Shown here: positions 52,464 to 62,382 of the stretch, piece by piece
Layout of the letters: each line of letters starts with the position of its first letter
How positions within the stretch are numbered: position 1 is the stretch's first letter
Assembly: GCA_963848135.1 (NCBI GenBank)
Contig: CAWKCK010000017.1
Coordinates: 248,001 to 312,000, forward strand
Direction: 5' to 3'
Origin: an uncultured delta proteobacterium
GTDB taxonomy: Bacteria > Desulfobacterota > Desulfobacteria > Desulfobacterales > SG8-13
Length of the DNA: 64,000 nt
The notes under the pieces: model-generated
The model's input: the letters and a program-made list of their open reading frames with translations, nothing else
The model's database searches: none
What the model was told of the DNA's origin: nothing
Program-made: the position numbers and the translations under genes

Positions 52464-53381
52464 TCAGCGCCCTGTCAAATAATCGCCGACATACTTGGCA
52501 GCCCGTGCGCCGTCGGCACAGGCAGTGAGAACCTGCCACATGTCCGTATCGCGTACATCACCGGCGGCAAAAAGGCCCGGAAACGAGGTCATGAGTTTGG
52601 TGTCTGTCGTCACGTACCCTTCCGGCGTCTTTTCGACCGGAAGATCGAGAAAAGCGGAATTCGGCCGCCACCCGACTGCCATAAATACGCCATCCACCGG
52701 CAGCTCGTTTTCTTCACCATCTGAAGATCGGATTGTGAGCGCCTCGATCAAGTCAAACCCTGTGATACCGATCACCTCGGTCCGGTCCATTATTACCAGA
52801 TTTTCCTGACCCGCCAAAAGATCGGCATGCGCGGCATCCATGATCAATTTCTCACTGCGGTGAATAAGGTATACTTTATCGGCTATTCTGGCAAGTGTCA
52901 TGGCATGCTGGGCTGCACTGTTGTCACTTCCGATTACAGCCAGTGCGGCATTTTGGTTGCGATACAGCGGGCCGTCGCAGACCGAACAGAAATTAACGCC
53001 TTTTAAATCCGCCTTCGCGGACGGAAGTCTTATGGGTACGCGCCCGGTGGCGATAATGGCGGTCGTGGCCGTATGCACCTGACCATTGACATCGGTCGCC
53101 TGGAATACTCCGTCCCCTTGCCCAAGCGTCTTCAGTCGGGCCATCGTAAAAAATGCGCCTTCGGTTTGGGCTTGTTGAAACAGCTTGACGCCGAATTCGG
53201 TCCCGGCAATGCCACCGATAAATCCGGGATAATTTTCTATCTTTTCGATCATATAAACATTGCCGCCCGGAATGTCGCCAAAAACGATGGTGCTCAAACC
53301 CAAGCGCTGGCCATAAAGCGCGGCCGTCAGTCCAGCCGGTCCAGTACCGATAATAACGATATCATAGTGGTTATCTGGCAT
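52464..53381 (-). CDS. trxB: Thioredoxin reductase family flavoprotein
   Basis: IIGTGPAGLTAA, ENYPG, FCSVCDG, GLFAAGDV; NADPH motif atypical (GSDNSA). Confidence 0.88.
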   Translation of the reverse strand: MPDNHYDIVIIGTGPAGLTAALYGQRLGLSTIVFGDIPGGNVYMIEKIENYPGFIGGIAGTEFGVKLFQQAQTEGAFFTMARLKTLGQGDGVFQATDVNGQVHTATTAIIATGRVPIRLPSAKADLKGVNFCSVCDGPLYRNQNAALAVIGSDNSAAQHAMTLARIADKVYLIHRSEKLIMDAAHADLLAGQENLVIMDRTEVIGITGFDLIEALTIRSSDGEENELPVDGVFMAVGWRPNSAFLDLPVEKTPEGYVTTDTKLMTSFPGLFAAGDVRDTDMWQVLTACADGARAAKYVGDYLTGR

Positions 53382-53492
53382 GTCGTCCCTGAGAATTGAA
53401 AAAAGGTTGGTTTGATATATTGAATTGCAACATTAAACCAAAGGCGTATTCAGGTCTGATCCGGATATCGGAATTCTAAATAAAAACAGCCC

Positions 53493-54524
53493 TTAGTCTG
53501 AATAAGGCTGATAGACGCCCAGACTGACCCAGTTGCCGCTTAGGGTGGCCGCGCCAATGCCGTCCATCGCATCCGGTGGCCCGATGACGACGATGACGTT
53601 TTTGTGCTTGATGCGACCCGGCGGGATCCGGGAGTTCTCGAGCGTCCAATCTCCCATCACGTAGTTAAATATCAGCATGCTACCGTTTGCTTCGACAAAC
53701 CCTTTGGCACGCACGACAGTCGCGGGTAGCGCGTCGGCCATATTTTTGACCTGCTCCAGGTCGTCACCGGTCCACCGGTAGGCCACGGATACCAGAAGAT
53801 CTGGAGGAGTAATCTCCAGGTCGGGGCTATCGAGCAGATCATCGAGAAAACGGTCCAGTTCCTCTTCCGACATGACCACTTCCGGCTTTTGCTCTGTTTT
53901 GCGGATATCCTTGTTGCGCGTGTCGTCAAAGGCAATAGTAAAAAACTTTTCTAAGGGAATGTCGGAATAATTGGTCTCGAAAAATAGCGGATCCGGGTGA
54001 AACTTACGGATTACATCTCTTGTCTTCGCGATAGTCTCTGCCGCAGCGGTGTCGATCTTGTTGATGATGAACACGCTGGAGGAAGCGATCTGCTTCTCCA
54101 GTGACGCGTATACTTCGTATGCATCCAGGAAATGGGCGGCATCGATTATGCAGAACTGCTCCTTGAATTTGAACCGGTTTTCGAAAATGGGCAGTTGGAG
54201 GTCTTTCTTGAGGTCTGAAGGATTGGCCACTCCTGTCGATTCGATCAATAGCACGTCGGGCTTTACATTGGTGTTAAGCGCGTAAAGTCCCTTGATGAAA
54301 TCGGTCTTTACACAGACACAGAAAATGGAGCCCTTGCTGATCTCCATCATATCGATGTCTTCACCCTCGACCAGAGTGCCATCTACCCCGATCTCGCCGA
54401 ATTCGTTCACCAGAAGGGTCAGTCTTTTATCCTTGGGAAATCGGCCGATAATCCGGTTGAGGAATGTGGTTTTGCCGGAACCGAGGAAACCGGTAATCAA
54501 GTAAACTTCAGTAGAATGGGCCAT
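53493..54524 (-). CDS. CobW/COG0523-like GTPase
   Basis: TGFLGSGKTT, NEFGEIGVDG, SIFCVC, ESTGVANP, NKID, RAKG. Confidence 0.92.
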   Translation of the reverse strand: MAHSTEVYLITGFLGSGKTTFLNRIIGRFPKDKRLTLLVNEFGEIGVDGTLVEGEDIDMMEISKGSIFCVCVKTDFIKGLYALNTNVKPDVLLIESTGVANPSDLKKDLQLPIFENRFKFKEQFCIIDAAHFLDAYEVYASLEKQIASSSVFIINKIDTAAAETIAKTRDVIRKFHPDPLFFETNYSDIPLEKFFTIAFDDTRNKDIRKTEQKPEVVMSEEELDRFLDDLLDSPDLEITPPDLLVSVAYRWTGDDLEQVKNMADALPATVVRAKGFVEANGSMLIFNYVMGDWTLENSRIPPGRIKHKNVIVVIGPPDAMDGIGAATLSGNWVSLGVYQPYSD

Positions 54525-54527
54525 GGA

Positions 54528-54773
54528 TTATAACTTCTCCGCTATCTTTTTCTGGATTTCTGCCGTCGGAAGAACCTTGCCGACTGAAATGACTTCTCCA
54601 TCGATGACAAGCCCCGGGGTCACAAATACACCCATTTGAGTGAAGTATTTTATGTCGGTTATTTTTTTGACTTCGATCCCGGCCCCAGCATCGAATTCTG
54701 CCGAAGCCGACACCGCATTTTCATAAAGTTGGTCACACCGTTTGCAGCCTGGGCCCAGCACTTCGACTTTCAT
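54528..54773 (-). CDS. Small thioredoxin-family protein (MTH895-like)
   Basis: MKVEVLGPGCKRC...VTPGLVIDG. Confidence 0.92.
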   Translation of the reverse strand: MKVEVLGPGCKRCDQLYENAVSASAEFDAGAGIEVKKITDIKYFTQMGVFVTPGLVIDGEVISVGKVLPTAEIQKKIAEKL

Positions 54774-54947
54774 TGTTCATCTCCTTGTGAATTCAGGTTC
54801 AGGAGGGTTTCATTGTGCTCAAAACCACAATGCCTGAACGTTACGTTTCCCCTTGTTACACGCTTTTGGGGATATGTGCATCGCGGCCGTCGCAGCAACT
54901 GTTGGTTAACGCGCAACGCAGAAATCGTCTCTTCTGAACTGACCATA

Positions 54948-55274
54948 TTACCCACCAACCAGCACGTTGGCCTGGCCTGCCTTTACAAGCAGTTCTAAGG
55001 GATTTTGGCAGAATTTACAGACACCCAACGGAGAAGACCCTGGGTTGAGTTCATGCCAAAGGACGCCATATCGTTCGGTATCTTCGGCATTGACGCGTTG
55101 GGGCAGGTTGTCAGGTGTTTCGAGCTTGTGGATACGGTCGGACTTTCCGCAATAGGGGCATTTGATACCAAAGAGTGCCATATCTGTCTGGGGAAGGCTG
55201 TTGGTGATGATCAACGTCTTCAGTTGCTCGACGGCAGCATGTCTTTCCACCGTTCTGAACGCTCCTTCATCCAT
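54948..55274 (-). CDS. Hypothetical zinc-binding protein
   Basis: CPYCGKSD...GVCKFC. Confidence 0.7.
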   Translation of the reverse strand: MDEGAFRTVERHAAVEQLKTLIITNSLPQTDMALFGIKCPYCGKSDRIHKLETPDNLPQRVNAEDTERYGVLWHELNPGSSPLGVCKFCQNPLELLVKAGQANVLVGG

Positions 55275-55326
55275 TGAAAGCCCATCCGAGCCCCAGGGGG
55301 GACCCGGATGGTTACATACACTATGG

Positions 55327-55731
55327 TTACTTGACTTTGGAGTCCACTCGGGTCGACTGTCCGGCACCGGCTTTTGCCAGGTTTTCCTGGATCTTGTCGA
55401 ACTCAAAGCCGACCTCCCGAAGCGAAATGATCCGTTGCTTCATCGCTTCGTTGGGGGCTCTTTTGGCCATCTCATCGATGAGCTCCTCGTATTGAGGGAT
55501 GATGCTTTCGAACACGAGGTCCCTTTCGATGCAGATGGTCGGCAAAACTTTGCCTTTGAGCTCGAGGAACTTGCCGATACCGTCTTTGTTCTTGATCGAC
55601 CATTCCTTGTAAACAATCATTTCCTGCACATCTGAGGGCAGGGCGGCAATCGACTCCATCATGTAGCCACAGGCCGCGCACTGCACGCTGTCCAGGGTTA
55701 AAACATCAATGGTAATTTTATCTTCTGCCAT
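55327..55731 (-). CDS. Thioredoxin-fold protein (CAAC)
   Basis: SVQCAACGYM, LPTICI..LVFESIIP; strong AGGAGG RBS. Confidence 0.85.
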   Translation of the reverse strand: MAEDKITIDVLTLDSVQCAACGYMMESIAALPSDVQEMIVYKEWSIKNKDGIGKFLELKGKVLPTICIERDLVFESIIPQYEELIDEMAKRAPNEAMKQRIISLREVGFEFDKIQENLAKAGAGQSTRVDSKVK

Positions 55732-55758
55732 GATCCGAATCCTCCTTTCGCGAATGGT

Positions 55759-56793
55759 TTACCAAGATTCCGGATACTTGGCATAGTACTGATCATACCA
55801 ATCTCTGGCTTCGAGCGCTTGGTCCATATGTTCCACCGGAACATCATAGGGCATGTCTCACCCAGGTGCGAACGTGTATCCGTGCTGACCTCCAGCAGCG
55901 AGACTCACGATGGCATCTTCTCTGGGTGATAGCAGCCCCAGGCTCAGAGCCAGGGTCAACTTCAGGTTGCCACCGAACCCAACGCCGTGTTTGCGGGCCA
56001 GGTCGCGGACAAAGGTCAAGTTGAGTTGCTCGTCGATGGCAAACCCGTGGGTACCGAGTTTGCAGACGTCTTCCATTACCTTGGTGCAGTCGCCGCAGAT
56101 GAAGAACGAGGACGTCTTGCCGGCATCATGTATCGCCTTGATGGCCGGCTGGCAGTTCGGGGTAACGAATTCTTGGAAAGTTTCGGATTTGATTTGAGAG
56201 GCAACCGGGTCGACGATGGCAACGATGTCGCAGCCCATTTCCGCATAAAATTGGGCGGCAAGGGCACCGACTTCACCGGCATATTTGAGTATTTGGTGGG
56301 CGAATTCCTTATGTTTGTACACGTCCGTGAAAATACGCACACCGGCCAGATGGGAGGCCAGGGTCAAAGGGCCGCAGAATAGACCCATCAGCGAACAGTC
56401 GAGTTCTTCAAGCTGGGGTTTGGCAATTTTTGCCGCTTCAAATATCACCGGCCACCGCCCGGAGTCTTTAGTGGGCATCGTCAAACCGGCCTCGGACGGT
56501 GTTTTGCCAGAGCACGGATGCGTGGTGACTGAAGGAACGTTGTCATCCCACCACTTGAGTTCACACCCTACAGAGTTGGCTTCCACTGACAGATCGAACA
56601 GCAGTGGAATACCATCGGCCTTGTAACGTTTGGCCGCGTTGACAACACCTTTTGCAAGGAGTTCGGGGTCTTTGAGCATTTTTTCCGCCGGCTCATTGAT
56701 CAAAAATGCACAATGAACCCCAGCGTACGGTACCCAGGGAGCTTTTTCGGTCCTCTTGCCCCGGTAGGCATCAATCAGCATTTGTTTGGCCAT
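55759..56793 (-). CDS. Selenocysteine-containing MtaA/UroD-family corrinoid methyltransferase, 344 aa
   Basis: DLSVEA, GPLTLA, DPVAS, FICG, GNL, then APG-TGA(55860-55858)-DMPYDVPVEHMDQALEARDWYDQYYAKYPESW*; paralog reads MPGCDL; SECIS-like hairpin follows. Confidence 0.9.
55828..55844 (-). promoter_or_regulatory. SECIS-like hairpin
   Basis: AUGUUCC-GGU-GGAACAU, a perfect 7-bp stem starting after a 13-nt spacer from the UGA. Confidence 0.8.
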
Positions 56794-57035
56794 GAATCTG
56801 TCTCCTTTCAGAATGTCGACATTAAACGCTTTCATTATCCAAGTTACCGTTTTTCTATCTCTCACCTCCCTTCCGAAATAATGGCCTTAAAGTATGATTT
56901 GTGGTTAACAACACGATTCAGCGTTTCCGCAACAACGCGCTGACAATATTAACGCACTATTAAATTTAGAACTGACTTTGTCAAATGAACTCTTTCCGGC
57001 AGCCCTTTTTCATTCAAAACCCGTAAAGGCTTTTT

Positions 57036-57651
57036 TTATTCCAGCAGGATAATTCCATAATAATTAAAGGTCTCACCGGTGCTCGTGGCCACCTTCGATG
57101 AGGTTCCTAAATTCTTGAGCGTGCCGATGACGTCGATGGAAAACGATTCCACCGAGGGCCTTTTTTCCTGGGGAAAGCGGCACTCATCGGGATACGCACA
57201 GGTTTTGCATAGGGCGCAGCATTCACCCACCAGGCTGAACGCTTTGTAATACCCCTCCAAGAAAAGCATCCGCTCAATTCCGATGGTGCCCTTCCAGCAT
57301 TTTACCTGCATGCCGCGCTTGCGTCCGTTATTGCGGTAAAAATCGGCGCAGGTTTTGCTGCCCACCAGTAGCAGCGCGGTGGTATATTCGCTCAGAACCT
57401 TGCGCACCTTTTCGGGACGGGGAGTGGCCGGCGGGCAGCACCAGTTGGTGCTGTAATTCTTGCAGCCATAGCGACACTTCAGGTGCACCCATTCGGACAC
57501 GAGGAGTTTATCGACGCTGAAAGGGAATACAGCATTCAAGCCCGTATTTTTTCCCTTTTTCGAGCAGGCGTTTCAGCAGGTCGTTCGAGATACCTTGGTC
57601 GGTCTTGAATGGGACGACATTTGGTTTTTTCAAATTGATATGGCGGCTCAT
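57036..57651 (-). CDS. DUF2284 metal-binding protein (+1 frameshift at ~57541)
   Basis: KCRYGC..Y..NWCCPP, CALCKTC...C.F...RPSVESFSIDV; upstream frame MSRHINLKK...LLEKGKKYG. Confidence 0.82.
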
Positions 57652-57653
57652 TG

Positions 57654-58016
57654 TCAAGCTTCACTCTCGCTTCCAGGCTGAAATTTAATGCGAACGTCTT
57701 TGGGCAAGGCCATGTCCATGGCGACTTCTACGACTTTCAGAACGGCCGATGGGATCGCACAGGACGGGTGGCAGCCCGATTTTTCAGCCGCAATGTACAC
57801 AGGGTTGCGGGTCAGGGGTAGAAAAAGATCTTTCAAGGTCATCTCGGTCAGACCATCTGCAAGACGCTTGATCTGTTGGCATTCCGAACCCGATATTTCC
57901 ACGATTACTGATCGCTTACCTGTCTTACGGGCCTTGATCGTGCAGGCAAATCCGCAGATCCCAGGATCTGCAGTTATGAAGGCAACTTTCGGCGTATCGG
58001 CAGTGTCGGCGCTCAA
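57654..58016 (-). CDS. DUF6951-like Cys-containing protein
   Basis: DPGICGF, SEC, CHPSCAIP, ALPKDV. Confidence 0.7.
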   Translation of the reverse strand: MSADTADTPKVAFITADPGICGFACTIKARKTGKRSVIVEISGSECQQIKRLADGLTEMTLKDLFLPLTRNPVYIAAEKSGCHPSCAIPSAVLKVVEVAMDMALPKDVRIKFQPGSESEA

Positions 58017-58160
58017 GATAATGTTCCCATCGATCGGCAGCAGCTTTGCGTGAGTGTGGTCAAATAATCGTCTTTATTCTGCGGTTGCAATCCAACGCTG
58101 TGAATAGGAAACCGGACGGGATCCCCGACAGCAATTTCCACCGTCGGGGATCCGGCAAGC

Positions 58161-60223
58161 TTATTGATCGAGAATTTCGTCCGGCACGATGCCGCGCAGA
58201 TGCGGGAATTCATCGGTCATGTGGGGCATCTGCATGGCTTCCATGAATTCCTGCTGGAAGTTGGGCTCCACTGTCAGCTCGATGTATTCCACGTTACGCG
58301 AACACCAATTGGCTTCGACTGCGTTTTTTCACATTCAGCAGGGCCGCACGGCAGCCATCACCGGCCGCATTGCCCACACTCTGGATCATCTCGATCTCAC
58401 AGTCCGGGAACAACCCCATGATCAGCGCCTTGGTGCGATCAACGTGGGTGCCGAAAGCCCCGGCAATTTTGACCTTGTCTAATTTTTCGAGACCCATGCG
58501 CTGGACCATCAGCTTGCAACCGGCATACAGGGCACCCTTGGCCAGCTGAATCTGTCGGATGTCCTTCTGGGTGATGACGATATCCTGATCGATGCTCGAC
58601 TCCTCGGCCCAGGCCAGCACGAACTCAGGCTGGTTGGTGTCCGGGTTTTTCCGAAACCGTGAAAACTCCTTGAGTCCCTTTTTGTTGAAAACGCCGCTCT
58701 TGGTGATGACGCCGCTGGTGTAAAGCTCGGCGAGCACGTCCAGAATCCCCGACCCGCAGATGCCCTTGGCCTTCATCTCTTTCGGCTCGGAGAACTTGCG
58801 CCAGGCATCGCGACCGATAACCTTGTAGTCGACTTCCTTGGTCTCGGGATCGATCTCGATGCGCTCGATAGCCCCGGGAGCCGCGCGCATACCGTAGGAC
58901 AGCTGGGCGCCTTCGAGGGCCGGCCCTGTGGCGCAGGAGGACGAGATCAGCTTGTGCCGGTTGCCCAGCACCAGCTCACCGTTGGTGCCGATGTCGATGA
59001 TCAGCTGGTTTTCCTCGTGCTTGTACGGTTCTTCGGCGATCAACACGCCCACGTTGTCCGCACCGACGAAACCGGCTTCGTTGGGCAGCACGAACATGTA
59101 GGAGGACGGGTTGATGCAGACACCCAGATCGCGGGCCTTGATGTCGATACTGTGGTGGATGACCGGCGGAAACGGCGCCAGTCCCACGTACTCGGGGTTC
59201 AGCCCCAGCAGGATGTGGTGCATGGCCGTATTGAAACCGATGGTGATGTCTTCGACATCTCCGGTCTCCAGCCGCAGATAGGTTTTGCCCTCTTCGGGCA
59301 CTTCCACGTATTCCACCGGGCCCTTCTTCGCCCTTTTTCTTCTTTTTCTTCTTCTTGGGCGGATGGGTGCCGGCCACGGCCTTTTCGACGAGCTCGTTGA
59401 TGCCCTCGATGATGTCGTCACTCATGCGCTTAAGCCCGTCGGGGGTGGTCATGTGGAAGGTAATGCGGGCCATGACGTCCTCACCGTATTTGCACTGGGG
59501 GTTCATCATGGAGACCGTATCGATCACCTCCATCGTGGTCAGGTCACAGAAATAAGCCGCCACGGTCGTGGTCCCCACGTCGATGGCCAGTCCGTAGGCG
59601 TGCTCGACCTTTCCCGGGCGCACACGGATAATCTCTTTGTCGTTCCAGACACTGACGGTTACTGCCCATTTGCCCTCCCGCAGCGCATCGGGAAGTGCAC
59701 GCAAGGTAAAAATGTCGGCGGTCAGGTTTTGCAAGCCGTACTCCTGCTCAAGCCTCCGGCATATGCGTTCGAAGTCGGCCGTCGGTTCCTCGAAAGTGGG
59801 CGGATCGACTTCGACGTAATACAGGCGTATGGCCGGGTTGTGGTCGATGGGGATGTCGCGAGCCGCCTTGCTGACGACCTGTTTACCGGCCCGGGATTCC
59901 TCGGGCACAAAAACCAGCATGTCACCCTGGACTGTGGCCACACACCCCAACCGAAATCCCTTTTCCTTCCGATCGGGGTTGATGAACTTGTCTTCTTCCT
60001 CCTGCCAAGCGCTGCAGTTGGACTTACTGGAAGTGATGCCGTATTTTTCGAAATGGCCTTCCTCCACGCGCACAATGCATTTTCCGCAAACTTTCTTTTC
60101 GCCGCACAACGCTTCGATGTCCACACCCAAAAGCCGTGAGGCTTCAATGAGGTTGACGCCTTTGGGCACTTCACCTCTGCGCCCGGAAGGCTGAAATATC
60201 ACCATTGCCTTATCAGAATCCAT
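58161..60223 (-). CDS. ATP-dependent corrinoid reductive activator (RACo/DUF4445 ASKHA) with N-terminal [2Fe-2S]; +1 frameshifts at ~59320 and ~58320
   Basis: CGEKKVCGKC..RLGC, AIDVGTTT, NPQ..YGEDV, GFVGAD, DIGTNGE, ATGPALEG, GICGSG, ITQKDIRQIQLAKGA, AGAFG, GNAAG; corrected C-terminus ...VEYIEL...FQQEFMEAM...DQ*. Confidence 0.92.
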
Positions 60224-60541
60224 TCGTAACTGCTCCTTATCCGGATTATCAACCGCAGGAGACGGGCTCCCGTGATTATCTACTTGTCATCAGAGAATCA
60301 ACGCACTGCCGATTCTTCCGCTCAAATTACGTCGATCGTGTTTCTCCGTTGCCTATAACTGTACCGCATGAACACCTGCCGCCCGCCGCTTCAAAAGGAA
60401 TGACGGCACCGGTCTTTGCGGATGGGGTCCGGTGGTTGAATTCTGTTGAATCGCCAATCACCGGTGCCGTCTGGGCTGAGGGCGACGATGCTCAAAGATC
60501 CCATCAGCCCAGACATATCACCATAAAGAGTTTGAAGCGGC

Positions 60542-61207
60542 TTATCCTTTATTCCGCATCTCACGCAGCCGGCCGATCATCTTGATACCTTCCGACACCG
60601 CGTTCCCGGCTGATTCGGCGTAACCGTCAGCACCGAACAGGTTGGCGACATCCTTGGTCACCGGAGCACCACCCAGCATGATGGCCACGTTGGGGTTTTT
60701 CTCCTTGATCATCGCGATGACCTTTTTCATGCCCAGCATTGTCGTGGTCATCATCGCACTCATGGCCACCACCTCACTATCGGTACGAAGCTGCTCCTCG
60801 ACAAAATTCTCCAACGGCACATCGCGGCCCAAATCGTGAACCTCCCAGCCGGCCACGTCAAACATCATCTTCACCAGGTTCTTGCCGATGTCGTGCACAT
60901 CGCCCTGGATCGAACCGATGACCACCTGAGCGTTGATCCCGTCTGTCTGCTTGGGCACATGCGGTCGCAAAATGGCCAGTCCTGCATACAGTGCATCGGC
61001 GCACATCAACACTTCGGGCACGAAATATTCGTTTTTATCGTAAAGCTCACCGACAATCTCCATCCCGGCAGCCAGGCCGTCCATAATACCGTCCAATGGG
61101 ACTTGTCCGTCATCCAGCCATGCCTGGGCAGCTTCCTTGACCGTGTCCTCTTCGTACTCGACTACACCGTTTTTCATCTGTTCGATAAGTTCTTCTTTCG
61201 TTGCCAT
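60542..61207 (-). CDS. Methyltransferase corrinoid protein (MtaC/MttC-like)
   Basis: GDVHDIGKNLV (DxHxxG), SAMMTTT, GGAP. Confidence 0.95.
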   Translation of the reverse strand: MATKEELIEQMKNGVVEYEEDTVKEAAQAWLDDGQVPLDGIMDGLAAGMEIVGELYDKNEYFVPEVLMCADALYAGLAILRPHVPKQTDGINAQVVIGSIQGDVHDIGKNLVKMMFDVAGWEVHDLGRDVPLENFVEEQLRTDSEVVAMSAMMTTTMLGMKKVIAMIKEKNPNVAIMLGGAPVTKDVANLFGADGYAESAGNAVSEGIKMIGRLREMRNKG

Positions 61208-61275
61208 TGAATCCTTCTCCTTATTGTTAAATGAAAAGCCCTCTCTCTTGCCAACGGTCCTCGGCGCGAGAATTA

Positions 61276-62328
61276 TTAAAGCCGGCCAACAGCCGGGCTC
61301 GGATTCTTTCCGTACGTGTGGGCCGTGTCCACACAGGCCTTCATGTTTTCATCCTTAATGGCCGGCCACAAGTCGCAACCGGGCATGACAGCGTCCACAC
61401 CACCGTCGATCATGTCCTTAATGTGATCGATAGCAACCTGTTTGGGAGTTTCGGGGTCACAGGTCATCTTGTACGTGTCCACGTTCCCCATGAACAGGAC
61501 ATCCGGCCCCAGGATTTCGCGTCCCTTGCGAACATCACACTTGATGTCGACGGTCAAGCCGTCGGCACCGCATTCGTTCATCATGGCCAACAGCGGTTCG
61601 GTCTGACCGCAGATGTGCAGCAGTTTGGGTGATTTCCAGGCCGCCAGGATTCTGGTCAATCGCGGTTGGATAAACTCTTTAAAGGTCCGCGGGCTCAACA
61701 AATCCGCCGCCACACCGGGTTCGCGCAAAGTGATGTAATCGCAACCGGCCGCCTGAAGCTTCAAACCGATCTTGATGATCATGTCGGTGAGTTTGTCGAG
61801 AACATTGGCCACCATTTCTTTCTGTTTGAAAACTCCTTTGAGCATCAGATCCAATTCCAACATTTGGCCGGCCTGGGTAAACGGACCCAGTTGCCAGCAG
61901 CCGATGGGCAGATCCGGGGCTTCTTTCTTGATGATCTCGATCGCCTTGGGCAGCATCGGCAGACGCCCCAATTCGGTGATGTTTTCCGGAATTTCAACCT
62001 CTTCAAGAGTTGACCAAATTTTATTGGGAATTGTCGGGTAGAGAATATCCTCGGAATCCTCGTACAAACTGATCGTGTTGCCCACGGCTTCAGACTCCAT
62101 GGTCATGTCGTAGGGTATAACCACACAGTCGAAGTTCATCATCTTGGCCGACCAGATGGCTGATTGGGCCATGCGCTCGGCGTCGGTATGAACGGTAGCA
62201 AACTTTAAATTGGCCTTTTCGATACCCGGCATTACCACCATTCCCATACCGCTGAAAAATGGCATGGTGTCGATCGGTTCCTTACGCAGAAGACGCATGA
62301 CGCGTTCCTTGGGTGTCAGTTCCGCCAT
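61276..62328 (-). CDS. MtaA/CmuA (UroD-fold) methylcobamide methyltransferase
   Basis: GPFT, LLSP..F, Zn ligands HICG and PGCD. Confidence 0.9.
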   Translation of the reverse strand: MAELTPKERVMRLLRKEPIDTMPFFSGMGMVVMPGIEKANLKFATVHTDAERMAQSAIWSAKMMNFDCVVIPYDMTMESEAVGNTISLYEDSEDILYPTIPNKIWSTLEEVEIPENITELGRLPMLPKAIEIIKKEAPDLPIGCWQLGPFTQAGQMLELDLMLKGVFKQKEMVANVLDKLTDMIIKIGLKLQAAGCDYITLREPGVAADLLSPRTFKEFIQPRLTRILAAWKSPKLLHICGQTEPLLAMMNECGADGLTVDIKCDVRKGREILGPDVLFMGNVDTYKMTCDPETPKQVAIDHIKDMIDGGVDAVMPGCDLWPAIKDENMKACVDTAHTYGKNPSPAVGRL

Positions 62329-62382
62329 AATGTGACTCCTTTCTCAATGGTACCCAAACGTATAAGTGGGTTAAAACCAGGT

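Noticed and set aside
60400..60515. Inverted repeats GACGGCACCGGT/ACCGGTGCCGTC and GTCTGGGCTGA/TCAGCCCAGAC
   Set aside because: Adequately explained as intra-operon mRNA hairpins; nothing points to a distinct element.
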